A DNA stretch of 64,000 nucleotides, taken from a virus. The notes below the pieces were generated by a model. That model saw only the letters and a list, made by a program, of their open reading frames with translations, searched no databases and was not told the DNA's origin. Where the stretch lies: positions 31,737-95,736 of IMG/VR virus record IMGVR_UViG_3300023174_004605; one strand, given 5' to 3'. Shown here in pieces: positions 6,086 to 14,941 of the stretch; positions within the stretch are counted from its first letter, which is position 1; every line of letters starts with the position of its first letter. The position numbers and the translations under genes were made by a program.

Positions 6086-6162
6086 ACCCCGGTGGCGCAA
6101 CAGGCAGACGCACTCTCCTCAGAAGGGAGCTGTTGAAGGTTCGAATCCTTCCCGGGGGACCA
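6086..6162 (+). tRNA. tRNA-Leu(CAG) with short variable loop
   Basis: Leu-type D-arm GCGCAACAGGCAGACGC; CTCTC-CTCAGAA-GGGAG; GAAGG-TTCGAAT-CCTTC; A73, CCA. Confidence 0.85.
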
Positions 6163-6191
6163 TTGACATCATTGATCTTTTGTAGTATAAT
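6163..6191 (+). promoter_or_regulatory. Consensus sigma70 promoter for the omega-like gene
   Basis: TTGACA-N17-TATAAT. Confidence 0.85.
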
Positions 6192-6212
6192 TGTTGTTCA
6201 CAAGGAGAAGCC

Positions 6213-6434
6213 ATGAGTGTAAGAATTGAAAGTCGTAGCAGTGAAATTGATACCGAACGCTGTGTAGAGCATGCTGGTGGCCGTTATGATCTTGTGATCG
6301 CCGCCGCACAACGCTTAAGAGAAATGAAACGCCGAGCCAGAGAAACCAACTCTTGGGTCACGCCCATTGATGCACTCAAAGAAGTACAGAGTGGAACTTT
6401 TAATATGACTGATTATTTGGTAAAGGTAAAATAA
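6213..6434 (+). CDS. rpoZ: RNA polymerase omega subunit homolog
   Basis: ERCVEHAGGRYDLVIAAAQRLRE...ALKEV matches the RpoZ pattern (C.E...NRF.LV..A..RAR...AL.EI); AGGAG RBS. Confidence 0.75.
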   Translation: MSVRIESRSSEIDTERCVEHAGGRYDLVIAAAQRLREMKRRARETNSWVTPIDALKEVQSGTFNMTDYLVKVK

Positions 6435-6436
6435 AC

Positions 6437-6595
6437 ATGGCAAAACGTCAAAGTGCAGGTGAACTAAGTCGAACCATTGCTGGACAATGGTCAAAAAGCG
6501 AAAAGCGTTCAGCGGCCAGTAGAAGCATCACAGAAGCCAACAAGAAAGCACATCAAACTCTCAAAAAAATTGCTCAACAAATGAGAATGAAGTAA
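6437..6595 (+). CDS. Small basic protein (52 aa, MAKRQSAGELSRTIAGQWSK...)
   Basis: Manual translation; starts 2 nt after the rpoZ stop and ends just before tRNA-Glu. Confidence 0.6.
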   Translation: MAKRQSAGELSRTIAGQWSKSEKRSAASRSITEANKKAHQTLKKIAQQMRMK

Positions 6596-6598
6596 CAT

Positions 6599-6674
6599 GC
6601 ACCCATCGTCTAGAGGCCCAGGACTCGGCCCTTTCACGGCTGCAACAGGGGTTCGAATCCCCTTGGGTGTACCA
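6599..6674 (+). tRNA. tRNA-Glu(TTC)
   Basis: GCACCCA/TGGGTGT; D-arm GTCTAGAGGCCCAGGAC; CGGCC-CTTTCAC-GGCTG; CCA. Confidence 0.95.
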
Positions 6675-6685
6675 ACATTTTGAAT

Positions 6686-7273
6686 ATGTCAACATCAGTT
6701 TTAGTCACCGGAGGTAATCAAGGGCTTGGCATAGACTTGGCTCAATACTTTGATGCTCATAGTGTCAGCAGAAGCACAGGGCACGACATCTTGGCAGGTC
6801 GTGAAGCCATCGCCGAACTCAGTGCCAATTATGATGTGTTCATTAACAATGCATATGATGGGTTGTTTGGGCAAAGCAGAACAGCATATGGCCAGGCACA
6901 GTTGTTGACCGAAGTGGCCATGCTGTGGCGTGATCAGGGCAAAGCCGGGCACATCATAAACATTGGTGGAGTAGGCAGTGAAGACACTGGTGTACCGTAT
7001 CCAGGCTGGGAAAGTTACAATGCCAACAAGGCCGCACTCAAACATGTGAGTCTACAGTGGACGCAGGCCTTCCGTGCCAATCAGGTCTTATTCCGTACTA
7101 GCTTGATCACTGTGGACAGATTGGACACACCAGCAGGTCGTGCCAGACCTACCTGGACTGGCAATGGAGTTGCGTCTCAAGATATCATTGGCATGATCAA
7201 ACTCTGCCTAAACACTCAACCAAATACCTGTATAGGCGAAATAACTAGCTGGGTTAATCTTGATTATAAGTAG
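6686..7273 (+). CDS. Short-chain dehydrogenase/reductase (SDR)
   Basis: TGGNQGLG, DVFINNA and YNANK (YxxxK) motifs. Confidence 0.85.
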   Translation: MSTSVLVTGGNQGLGIDLAQYFDAHSVSRSTGHDILAGREAIAELSANYDVFINNAYDGLFGQSRTAYGQAQLLTEVAMLWRDQGKAGHIINIGGVGSEDTGVPYPGWESYNANKAALKHVSLQWTQAFRANQVLFRTSLITVDRLDTPAGRARPTWTGNGVASQDIIGMIKLCLNTQPNTCIGEITSWVNLDYK

Positions 7274-7297
7274 ACATACAAAATCAGGATCACAATC

Positions 7298-7513
7298 ATG
7301 TCAAACAAACTCATCCGCAAAAAACCTGGCTACACCCGAAGTGGCGAAGTCAAGATCATCAGTCTCGGCATCAAGCAGTTGATGGATCTCAAAGAAAAAA
7401 CACAAACCAATAAAAAACGGGCCAAGATACAGCGTCGCATAGACTTGCTGAAACGTAGATCTGGATATGTGGAACCTGTGGTCGAAGTCACAGAAGAAAC
7501 ACAGCCGGTTTAG
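7298..7513 (+). CDS. Small basic hypothetical protein (71 aa)
   Basis: AGGA RBS; stop codon falls inside the tRNA-Thr 5' end. Confidence 0.65.
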   Translation: MSNKLIRKKPGYTRSGEVKIISLGIKQLMDLKEKTQTNKKRAKIQRRIDLLKRRSGYVEPVVEVTEETQPV

Positions 7514-7578
7514 CTCAGCGGTAGAGCAGTGGTTTTGTAAACCAAAGGTCGGGAGTTCAATCCTCTCAACCGGCACCA
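7504..7578 (+). tRNA. tRNA-Thr(TGT)
   Basis: GCCGGTT/AACCGGC; TAGCTCAGCGGTAGAGC; anticodon loop TTTGTAA; CCA. Confidence 0.95.
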
Positions 7579-7595
7579 TTAACAAGGAAATAACT

Positions 7596-7760
7596 ATGAG
7601 CAAAATGAGCGATTTCTTAAAGAAAGCCGCAGACAAGAAAAAAGGCATCCATCACATTGAAAATGAAGATGCGCCTGTGGTAGAACGAAAAACAGCCAAA
7701 CAACGTGCACCGGTAATTGGAAAAAAACCACCCACACGATCGGCTGGCAGGGGAAGATAG
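7596..7760 (+). CDS. Small Lys/Arg-rich protein (54 aa, MSKMSDFLKKAADKKK...)
   Basis: AAGGA RBS; 3' part of track ORF 7467..7760. Confidence 0.65.
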   Translation: MSKMSDFLKKAADKKKGIHHIENEDAPVVERKTAKQRAPVIGKKPPTRSAGRGR

Positions 7761-7793
7761 ATTACTAAAAAAATTATTTGGCCTATCTGGGCA

Positions 7794-8714
7794 GTGGCAG
7801 TACTGAGCACTTGGCTGTACTTGATCTTGACCGGTCCAGGGTTTGAGTTGTATGAAACACATTGGCTCTATGCTCTAATGATGGTGTTTGGTTCGGCTGT
7901 AGCCGGCTTTACTCCCGAAGGCGGCGGCGCTGTGGCGTTCCCTATCTTGAGCTTGTATTTTAACATACCACCAACAGCGGCCAGAGACTTTAGCTTGGCC
8001 ATACAAAGCATTGGAATGGTATCAGCGGCCATATGGATCCTAACAAGGAAAGCACATGCCCTAAGAACATTTAGACACATACCGTTTTATGCGGCTGTGA
8101 ACATGATTGGTTTTGTGCTCATGACTGCTGTAGCAGGAGCCTTTGCTTTCAAAACCATACAGATGTTGTTTGTGGGCTTGGCCCTGGCATTTATTGTAGC
8201 TTACCTAGTCAGCCGTGGGCGTGGAACGGTAGATGACGTGGAACTTTCTGGAACTAGATTTGTGACTTTTGCTGTGTTTTCATTCATAGGTGGCTGTGCC
8301 TCTGCCATGTTTGGAACTGGAAGTGACATGTTGATCTACATAGCCTTGACCTGCTACTATGGTATGAAAGAAAAGATCAGCACCGACATCAGCATTGTCC
8401 TCATGGCAGTGGTCACAGTGTTTGGTATTGCTTATCGTAGTTTGTTTTTAGACGCGGTGCATCCAGATGTTTATTTGATGTGGTTAGCGGCCGCACCGGT
8501 GGTGTTGTTCTTTGCTCCATTTGGTAATATCTTGTTAGGCTGGGCACGCAAAGAAACTATGCTTTACACCGTGCTGGCCATGAATGCAGTGAACTATTTT
8601 TATTTTATAAGTAAAAATATGAATTTGATTGTGCCAACCTTGATTACACTTGTTGTGTTTACAGCAATGTTTGTTTCAAGTTTTTATGTCAAAAACAAAC
8701 TAAAACATGATTAA
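7794..8714 (+). CDS. TauE/SafE (TSUP) family membrane transporter
   Basis: Multiple TM helices; AGFTPEGGGAVAFP and SAMFGTGSD repeat motifs; start uncertain. Confidence 0.8.
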   Translation: MAVLSTWLYLILTGPGFELYETHWLYALMMVFGSAVAGFTPEGGGAVAFPILSLYFNIPPTAARDFSLAIQSIGMVSAAIWILTRKAHALRTFRHIPFYAAVNMIGFVLMTAVAGAFAFKTIQMLFVGLALAFIVAYLVSRGRGTVDDVELSGTRFVTFAVFSFIGGCASAMFGTGSDMLIYIALTCYYGMKEKISTDISIVLMAVVTVFGIAYRSLFLDAVHPDVYLMWLAAAPVVLFFAPFGNILLGWARKETMLYTVLAMNAVNYFYFISKNMNLIVPTLITLVVFTAMFVSSFYVKNKLKHD

Positions 8715-10341
8715 AAAAATTGTGATAGTAGGTGGCGGATTTGCTGGGTGGTATACAGCAGTTTCGTTGCAATACAACCTTCCAGAATTAGAAATCATTA
8801 TCGTCGACAGCGAAAAGCATCCTACCATTGGAGTTGGAGAAACTGTGGGCTGGGATGCCCCGCTCAACTTACAAAGATTATGCGGCTTATCAGACGACCG
8901 ACTTTTTATGTACGAGACCGGAGCCGTATACAAGTTCGGTGTAAGAGGCATTAACTTTTTTTCTGATAATTCGATTCACCGATGGGGGAAATTCCTAAAC
9001 CTCAAAACATCAGCGTTGTGCAATTACTATAACGAATTTGATTATTCTGATTTTGATGAACCTTGGAATCGATCTCCCAATGACATTGGCACAATGAAAG
9101 CATGGTTGATTCGGTATCATGCCATGAAAAATTATGAAGATTTGTGTCTTGACTTAGGAGAATTAAATCATTTTTTAACCGAACCGGTGGCTCCTTTCAA
9201 TCGCAACAACAAATACGTTTTGCGATCAGCACCAGGTCATGCATTTGGATATCATATTGACGCAGAAAAGTCAGGGGTTTTCTTGAAAAAAATAGCCTAT
9301 CAAAGAAACACTGGTAAACTTAAACACATCACCAGCAGTGTTGTCAATGTTGCACTTGCAGATAATGGTTCAATAGAAAAAATACAATTAGAAAACGGAG
9401 AAAATATCACCGGCGATTTATTCATTGATGCCTCTGGACTGCAACGAGTGATTGTGAGTCGCAGCACAAACTACAGTTGGACCGGCAAGGACCATAGATA
9501 TTCTAATGCAGCATGGGTATGTCCTAGTCGCTACACTGATCCAACCAAAGAATTAATAGGTGCCACTGAATTTATCGGCGACACATGGGGATGGCGATTC
9601 AAAATTCGATTGTTTCATCGTATAGGCAATGGTTATGTTTTCAATTCCGATCAAGTTGATCCAGAGAAACCATTGGCCACTATAAACGCCGCAACTAAAA
9701 CAACACAACTCAAGGAGCCTAAACTTATAAGATGGTCTCCTGGCGAGTATGTGCATCATTGGCATAAAAATCTTATTCCCGTAGGTATGGCAGCGAGTTT
9801 TATTGATCCTTATGATGCTCCAACTTTTGATGCGCACAGTCGATCACTTGATGATTTGTTAGATTTGTTAAAAAATCCAAACAAATATAAAAACCCTGCA
9901 GAAGAATACAACAAACGCAGATCTTATACCGCAGAAGAAAGGAATCTACGTTTAGATATAACATTCGGTATATCTCAACGTTCCGGTCCATATTGGGATT
10001 TACGTCGACAAATAGCACAGGAAAAAAATTGTTTGCGTGAACTAAAAAACATTATTTTAGAAAAAAGACTAGACCTCGAATCAAGGATGACCTGGCACTG
10101 GCATCAACAATATATTAGATCCGCTATGGCGGCCAAAGTAGACATGACCGATTGGGAGTTTCCTAAAGTGCCCGATAAAGACCTCGACATGCTGACAGCA
10201 TTTTATAATTTCAATAGGCAACGCAACAAACACATTACACAACAAGAATGGCCAAATTACTCAACATGGTTGCAACAAAACCGATTTAATGATCAGACCA
10301 ACCAACAGGTTTTGCAAAGACTACAACCACAGCTTTGTTAA
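8707..10341 (+). CDS. Tryptophan-halogenase-family flavoprotein (divergent)
   Basis: IVIVGGGFAGW, IGVGE, YKFGV, YHIDA, DLFIDASG and RIGNGYVF motifs. Confidence 0.85.
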   Translation: MIKKIVIVGGGFAGWYTAVSLQYNLPELEIIIVDSEKHPTIGVGETVGWDAPLNLQRLCGLSDDRLFMYETGAVYKFGVRGINFFSDNSIHRWGKFLNLKTSALCNYYNEFDYSDFDEPWNRSPNDIGTMKAWLIRYHAMKNYEDLCLDLGELNHFLTEPVAPFNRNNKYVLRSAPGHAFGYHIDAEKSGVFLKKIAYQRNTGKLKHITSSVVNVALADNGSIEKIQLENGENITGDLFIDASGLQRVIVSRSTNYSWTGKDHRYSNAAWVCPSRYTDPTKELIGATEFIGDTWGWRFKIRLFHRIGNGYVFNSDQVDPEKPLATINAATKTTQLKEPKLIRWSPGEYVHHWHKNLIPVGMAASFIDPYDAPTFDAHSRSLDDLLDLLKNPNKYKNPAEEYNKRRSYTAEERNLRLDITFGISQRSGPYWDLRRQIAQEKNCLRELKNIILEKRLDLESRMTWHWHQQYIRSAMAAKVDMTDWEFPKVPDKDLDMLTAFYNFNRQRNKHITQQEWPNYSTWLQQNRFNDQTNQQVLQRLQPQLC

Positions 10342-10518
10342 TTAATTTTGATTTTAATCAGCACATAAATACCTTTCGCAACGCCGGGTTCTTCCGACGT
10401 CGGCATTCAAATCGACGCTTGACATTGTGATGTCTTTACTGTATTATAATACATAACGCCGAGCCGTAGCAGAGTTCTTCTGCAAGCTCTTAAAAATTAA
10501 AAATTTAGGAGATCTAAC

Positions 10519-11445
10519 GTGATCAAAAAAATAGCCTCTCTGTTGGTTGTTCTGGCTGTTTGCACCAGTGCCAGTGCCCGAGAAATAATTACTGTATATT
10601 CCCCTTACAGTCCCAGCCATGCTGGAACCACAGCCACTAGAAAAGTGTTTGAAGTGGCCAATGCCGCTCAAAACAAGTATCAATTTATTTTGGAATTCAA
10701 AGCCGGTGCACAAGGTGTATTGGCCTTGAAGGAAATCGAAGACAATCCTGCAAACAAACTGGCCATTATCTTTGCGGCCTTTGTTGACAATGTTGAAAAG
10801 AAATTGATCAACGAGTCAGATTATGTGCCAGTACATGCACTGGGAGACGCTTGCTGGGCTGTGGTCAGCCTTGAAGGTGATCCCAGACAGGGAATAGCCA
10901 GTCTGGCCAGTGCCCGTGAAATAGTAGTGGGCAGCGTGGGATTTGGCAATGCCACCCATCTTACGGCCTTGCAGATTGGATCCAGGTACAACGTACCAGT
11001 GCGTTTTGTGCCATTCAAGTCTAACTATGACAGCATGATGGCCATGGTGGGCGGGCACGGGATAACCTTTAATTTAGAACGTGTCAGTGTGATTGAACAG
11101 TTCCGAGACAAAAATCCCAATCTCAAAATCTTGGCCATGAGTTGTCCTGTGCGCCATCCAGATGCTCCCGGTATAAAAACTTTAAAAGAACAAGGCATCA
11201 CAGCTCCTTATGTGTTTAACACCATAGTGGCACACCAACGCATGTCTAGAGAGCGAGCCAAAGAGCTAGGTGCCATCTTGGATCAAGCCACGCTGACAGT
11301 GGGTGTTGACGAACTACGACGACTAAGCGATTTCCGCCCTGCTGTTTTTGACAAGATTTCTGCTGAAGAATTTACACGTAGCAGAATATCCATGGTCAAG
11401 CAGTTGAGACAGCAACATCGCAGTGCCATCGAAGAAAGCCGCTAG
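10519..11445 (+). CDS. Tripartite tricarboxylate transporter substrate-binding protein (Bug/TctC-like)
   Basis: Signal peptide; KAGAQG, GSVGFGNATHL, VPFKS and PGIKTLKEQG motifs; AGGAG RBS. Confidence 0.8.
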   Translation: MIKKIASLLVVLAVCTSASAREIITVYSPYSPSHAGTTATRKVFEVANAAQNKYQFILEFKAGAQGVLALKEIEDNPANKLAIIFAAFVDNVEKKLINESDYVPVHALGDACWAVVSLEGDPRQGIASLASAREIVVGSVGFGNATHLTALQIGSRYNVPVRFVPFKSNYDSMMAMVGGHGITFNLERVSVIEQFRDKNPNLKILAMSCPVRHPDAPGIKTLKEQGITAPYVFNTIVAHQRMSRERAKELGAILDQATLTVGVDELRRLSDFRPAVFDKISAEEFTRSRISMVKQLRQQHRSAIEESR

Positions 11446-12599
11446 TGAGCCAATATCTCTATCACAACAAAGGTATCTACACCTGTAATGGTCGACATTT
11501 CCACAACAAGATAGATGCCATATTTGAAGCCAACACGTCCGGACGTCACGTGGAATGGGATTATCATCATGCAATTTTTGATCAGCATCAATGGCATGTA
11601 GATCCACCAGTAGAGCTGGAAGAATTGTACAAACAACGTGCCCTTCAATTGAGAGAGGCCTATGATCACTTGGTGCTGTTCTACAGCGGTGGCGTGGATT
11701 CCTGGTACATTCTCAAAATGTTTATCAAGTACAACATTCGCTTGGATGAAATCTACATGTACGGACCTTTCAAGGCCGAGGAAAAAATGTATGATCAACT
11801 GGGATTGGATCGCAGTCCAGGGTACTACACCAGAGAAATCCGACAAAGTTTGCCACTGTTAAAAAAACTAGTGGCCGAGTACCAAATCAAAATCAATGTT
11901 TTTGATTGGACCGAACACATAATCAAAGCAGCCGATGATCGCGACTGGTTTTACACGGCCGGAGTGCGGTTTGATCCCACCTGCATGGTTCGCTCAAAAT
12001 TCCATAAAATTTTTAGAGAACACAGTGAGCTTAGACACCGAGGTAAAAAAGTTGGATTTGTGTATGGTATCGACAAGCCCAGATTGATCAGAGATGACAA
12101 CGCCATCTACTTTGCATTTTTAGATGTAATCTTTACTACCAGTGTTTTGCCAACCAATGACATCCAGGGTGAGTTTTATGAAAATGATGAGTTTTTTTAT
12201 TGGACTCCAAACATGCCCGAACTGTCAATCAAAATGAGTCACGAAGTCGTCAAGTATTTGACCTCGATCAATCAAATCAATTTGATCAAACACGTAAAAA
12301 ATATCGCAGCCTTTCATGATGAGTCCTACTACCGCCAGGTCAATCGTGCAATTTATCCACTCTGGGATCACAATATCTGGCAGGTCAAAAAACCAACCAG
12401 TGCCATTTACAATGAACAGAGCAAATGGTTTTTAGACAGTGATCTTGAAGCCAAACTCAAATGGGAATCCAGTATCTATGAACTAGAAAGACTGTGCGGC
12501 AAACAATGGTTCAATGAAAATTCTGTCAGAAATGGGCTTAAAGGTCATCTCAGTCCAATGTATAAAATCGCTAATTATCAGGAGAAAATAATATCATGA
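11445..12599 (+). CDS. PP-loop / adenine-nucleotide alpha-hydrolase superfamily protein
   Basis: LVLFYSGGVDS (SGGxDS) motif; GIDKP. Confidence 0.7.
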   Translation: MSQYLYHNKGIYTCNGRHFHNKIDAIFEANTSGRHVEWDYHHAIFDQHQWHVDPPVELEELYKQRALQLREAYDHLVLFYSGGVDSWYILKMFIKYNIRLDEIYMYGPFKAEEKMYDQLGLDRSPGYYTREIRQSLPLLKKLVAEYQIKINVFDWTEHIIKAADDRDWFYTAGVRFDPTCMVRSKFHKIFREHSELRHRGKKVGFVYGIDKPRLIRDDNAIYFAFLDVIFTTSVLPTNDIQGEFYENDEFFYWTPNMPELSIKMSHEVVKYLTSINQINLIKHVKNIAAFHDESYYRQVNRAIYPLWDHNIWQVKKPTSAIYNEQSKWFLDSDLEAKLKWESSIYELERLCGKQWFNENSVRNGLKGHLSPMYKIANYQEKIIS

Positions 12600-13372
12600 G
12601 CAAGACAATCAAACAAGGCAGTTACAAATTAACAGTGTATGACAACGAAATAGATCCTGCGTTGCAATCTCTAGTATCTAATTTTTTAATGGACAGTGAA
12701 TATTGTGTGAATTTTTACGATCACAGCCACAGCCTTTGGTATCCTAGAGAAGATAAATTAGTAACTCCAAGGCACTTTCCCAGCCAACCCAGATTACCAA
12801 TAGCCTGGGATGAGGAAAGTCTGTCTCACCGGGCACCAGTGATCAATGAATTGTGGACCACGATCAACAATTTGCTGGACAATCAATTTGAAATACAAGG
12901 AGTTCCCGAAGGAATGCCTCGTTATATGACTGGAATTAGCCCTGTGGCTGGTTTAGATAAACCCAACGGCAACCCCGGCACTCCTGGCATAGGCTGGAGA
13001 GTTTATGGCAGTGGCAACGAGCGTGAACTTCAACAAGCAAGAACCAAAAGCATACATAGAGACAGTCCGTTGTTGGATCAAGAACAATACTTCAATTTGG
13101 TTTATTTTGCCAATCCAGAATGGCATCCGCAATTTTACGGAGAAACATTATTTCACAGTGATCATGCAGACACCGGCGACTATACCGGCAAATTTGAGAA
13201 CGATCAGGCCCGAAATTTTCCTATCGGCGATGTAGAAAACGTAGTGGCTCCAAGACCGGGGAGATTTATGTTGTTTGATGCCAGATACATGCATCAAGTC
13301 AAACCCAGTGCGCATTATGCCATGCCCATCATGGGTGTGGTATTTAGATTACGGTTAAAAACAGCTGGTTGA
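12596..13372 (+). CDS. 2OG-Fe(II) oxygenase
   Basis: IHRD (HxD), VYFAN.EW...YGET.F, PRPGRFMLFD...H. Confidence 0.85.
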   Translation: MSKTIKQGSYKLTVYDNEIDPALQSLVSNFLMDSEYCVNFYDHSHSLWYPREDKLVTPRHFPSQPRLPIAWDEESLSHRAPVINELWTTINNLLDNQFEIQGVPEGMPRYMTGISPVAGLDKPNGNPGTPGIGWRVYGSGNERELQQARTKSIHRDSPLLDQEQYFNLVYFANPEWHPQFYGETLFHSDHADTGDYTGKFENDQARNFPIGDVENVVAPRPGRFMLFDARYMHQVKPSAHYAMPIMGVVFRLRLKTAG

Positions 13373-13397
13373 CCATTAATTCATCATGTTGTAAAAT
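13369..13397 (+). promoter_or_regulatory. Early-type promoter for the MoxR gene
   Basis: (GG)TTGACC-N17-TAAAAT; same -35 context as at 16868. Confidence 0.65.
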
Positions 13398-13440
13398 GTA
13401 GTTTAGTAGTTATTTTTAATCATAATTCAAGGACACAGCC

Positions 13441-14526
13441 ATGTCAGATACAAGAACAGTAACCTCGGTGCAGGCCCGCAAGAGCTTGCTCAAAGCATTT
13501 GCAAAAAAACGCCCGTTATTTCTCTGGGGTCCTCCTGGTATCGGCAAAAGTGAATTGGTAGCAGATATTGCCCAAGAACTTGGTGGCCACATGATCGACC
13601 TCCGACTTGGTCAGATGGAGCCCACCGACATTCGTGGTATTCCGTTCTACAACAAAGATTCAGGCAAAATGGACTGGGCCGAACCAGTTGATCTGCCAAC
13701 TGCGGAATTCGCCAAGCAGTATCCCATCGTGGTCTTGTTCTTGGACGAGATGAACTCGGCAGCTCCGTCGGTGCAGGCCGCGGCCTATCAGTTGATCCTG
13801 AATCGCAGAGTAGGCAAATACTTCTTGCCCGACAACGTGGTCTTGGTTGCCGCCGGTAATCGCGAGTCAGACAAAGGTGTGACCTATCGCATGCCCACGC
13901 CCTTGGCCAATCGTTTCATACACCAAGAAATGCGTGTGGACTTTGCCAGCTACCAAGAATGGGCAGTCAACAACAACATCCACAAGGACGTGGTTGGTTA
14001 TTTGAGTTTTGCCAAGCAAGATCTCTATGACTTTGATCCTAAATCAGCGAGCCGTGCCTTTGCTACACCTCGTTCATGGACATTCGTCAGCCAGATTCTT
14101 GAAGATGAAGACGGCGATGATGACACCATCATGAACTTGATTGCAGGTACTGTGGGCGAAGGTCTTGCTGTGAAATTCATGGCTCACCGCAAGATTGCTG
14201 GTCGCATGCCCCGGCCCGAAGATATTTTAAGTGGCAAGGTCAAGGACCTGGATGTCAAAGAAGTGTCGGCCATGTATTCATTGGTCATTGGCATGTGCTA
14301 CGAACTCAAGGCGGCCATTGAGAAGAAGGTGCCGGACAAACAGTTCCATGAAATGGCTGATCATTTCTTCAAATACATGATGCAGAATTTTGAAACTGAG
14401 CTTGTGGTCATGGGTGCTCGTATTGCACTTACTACCTACAACTTACCGTTCCAGCCTACCAAGCTCAAGAACTTTGATGAGTTCCACAACCGCTACGGCA
14501 AGTATATCTTGCAAGCTTCGGCCTAG
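13441..14526 (+). CDS. MoxR-like AAA+ ATPase
   Basis: Walker A GPPGIGKS, Walker B LFLDE, AAGNR, LANRF, TPRSW. Confidence 0.92.
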   Translation: MSDTRTVTSVQARKSLLKAFAKKRPLFLWGPPGIGKSELVADIAQELGGHMIDLRLGQMEPTDIRGIPFYNKDSGKMDWAEPVDLPTAEFAKQYPIVVLFLDEMNSAAPSVQAAAYQLILNRRVGKYFLPDNVVLVAAGNRESDKGVTYRMPTPLANRFIHQEMRVDFASYQEWAVNNNIHKDVVGYLSFAKQDLYDFDPKSASRAFATPRSWTFVSQILEDEDGDDDTIMNLIAGTVGEGLAVKFMAHRKIAGRMPRPEDILSGKVKDLDVKEVSAMYSLVIGMCYELKAAIEKKVPDKQFHEMADHFFKYMMQNFETELVVMGARIALTTYNLPFQPTKLKNFDEFHNRYGKYILQASA

Positions 14527-14596
14527 AAATAGGCCCGGAAGGCTGTGGTCATCACAGGCTGTGTCCATCACAGCCTTCCACCTTTATTGAGATAAT

Positions 14597-14941
14597 ATGA
14601 ACTATACTGTTACCCGACTGGATCGTAGATACGCTTACTGGGAAGAATTTAACTACATGATTGAGTTTCATAAAAATCGTGAGTGGGGCATGGGCACAGG
14701 TGTGCTAGACTTTGACCGTGCTAGAAAATGGTTCAATGAGACCTATGGGTGGAGCCAGGAAGTGGACACCCGCAGAGAAATGGTTGCCAGCAAGGTGCGT
14801 ATGAACATAGACATACACGATTTCAGTTACCTCAACACTGACTGGGCCTGGAGTTGTAGATATCAAGAATACAGGATCTATGTCAGCGATTCAGCCCTGA
14901 CCATGTTTGAACTCCGTTGGAGACAGCATGCGCCTGCCTGA
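14597..14941 (+). CDS. Small phage protein, FxL[KR]W C-terminal family
   Basis: Ends SDSALTMFELRW. Confidence 0.75.
   Translation: MNYTVTRLDRRYAYWEEFNYMIEFHKNREWGMGTGVLDFDRARKWFNETYGWSQEVDTRREMVASKVRMNIDIHDFSYLNTDWAWSCRYQEYRIYVSDSALTMFELRWRQHAPA

Noticed and set aside
6113-6129. Opal suppressor or Sec tRNA (TCA in the loop) and genome recoding
   Set aside because: The 5-bp stem centres the 7-nt loop on CAG; TAA, TAG and TGA all terminate intact genes, so the standard code applies.
7467-7595. N-terminal extension of ORF 7467..7760
   Set aside because: It runs through tRNA-Thr; an RBS supports the ATG at 7596.
14541-14572. CRISPR or CRP-box interpretation of the 16-bp repeat
   Set aside because: Only two abutting copies, no spacers, no cas genes; spacing does not fit TGTGA-N6-TCACA.
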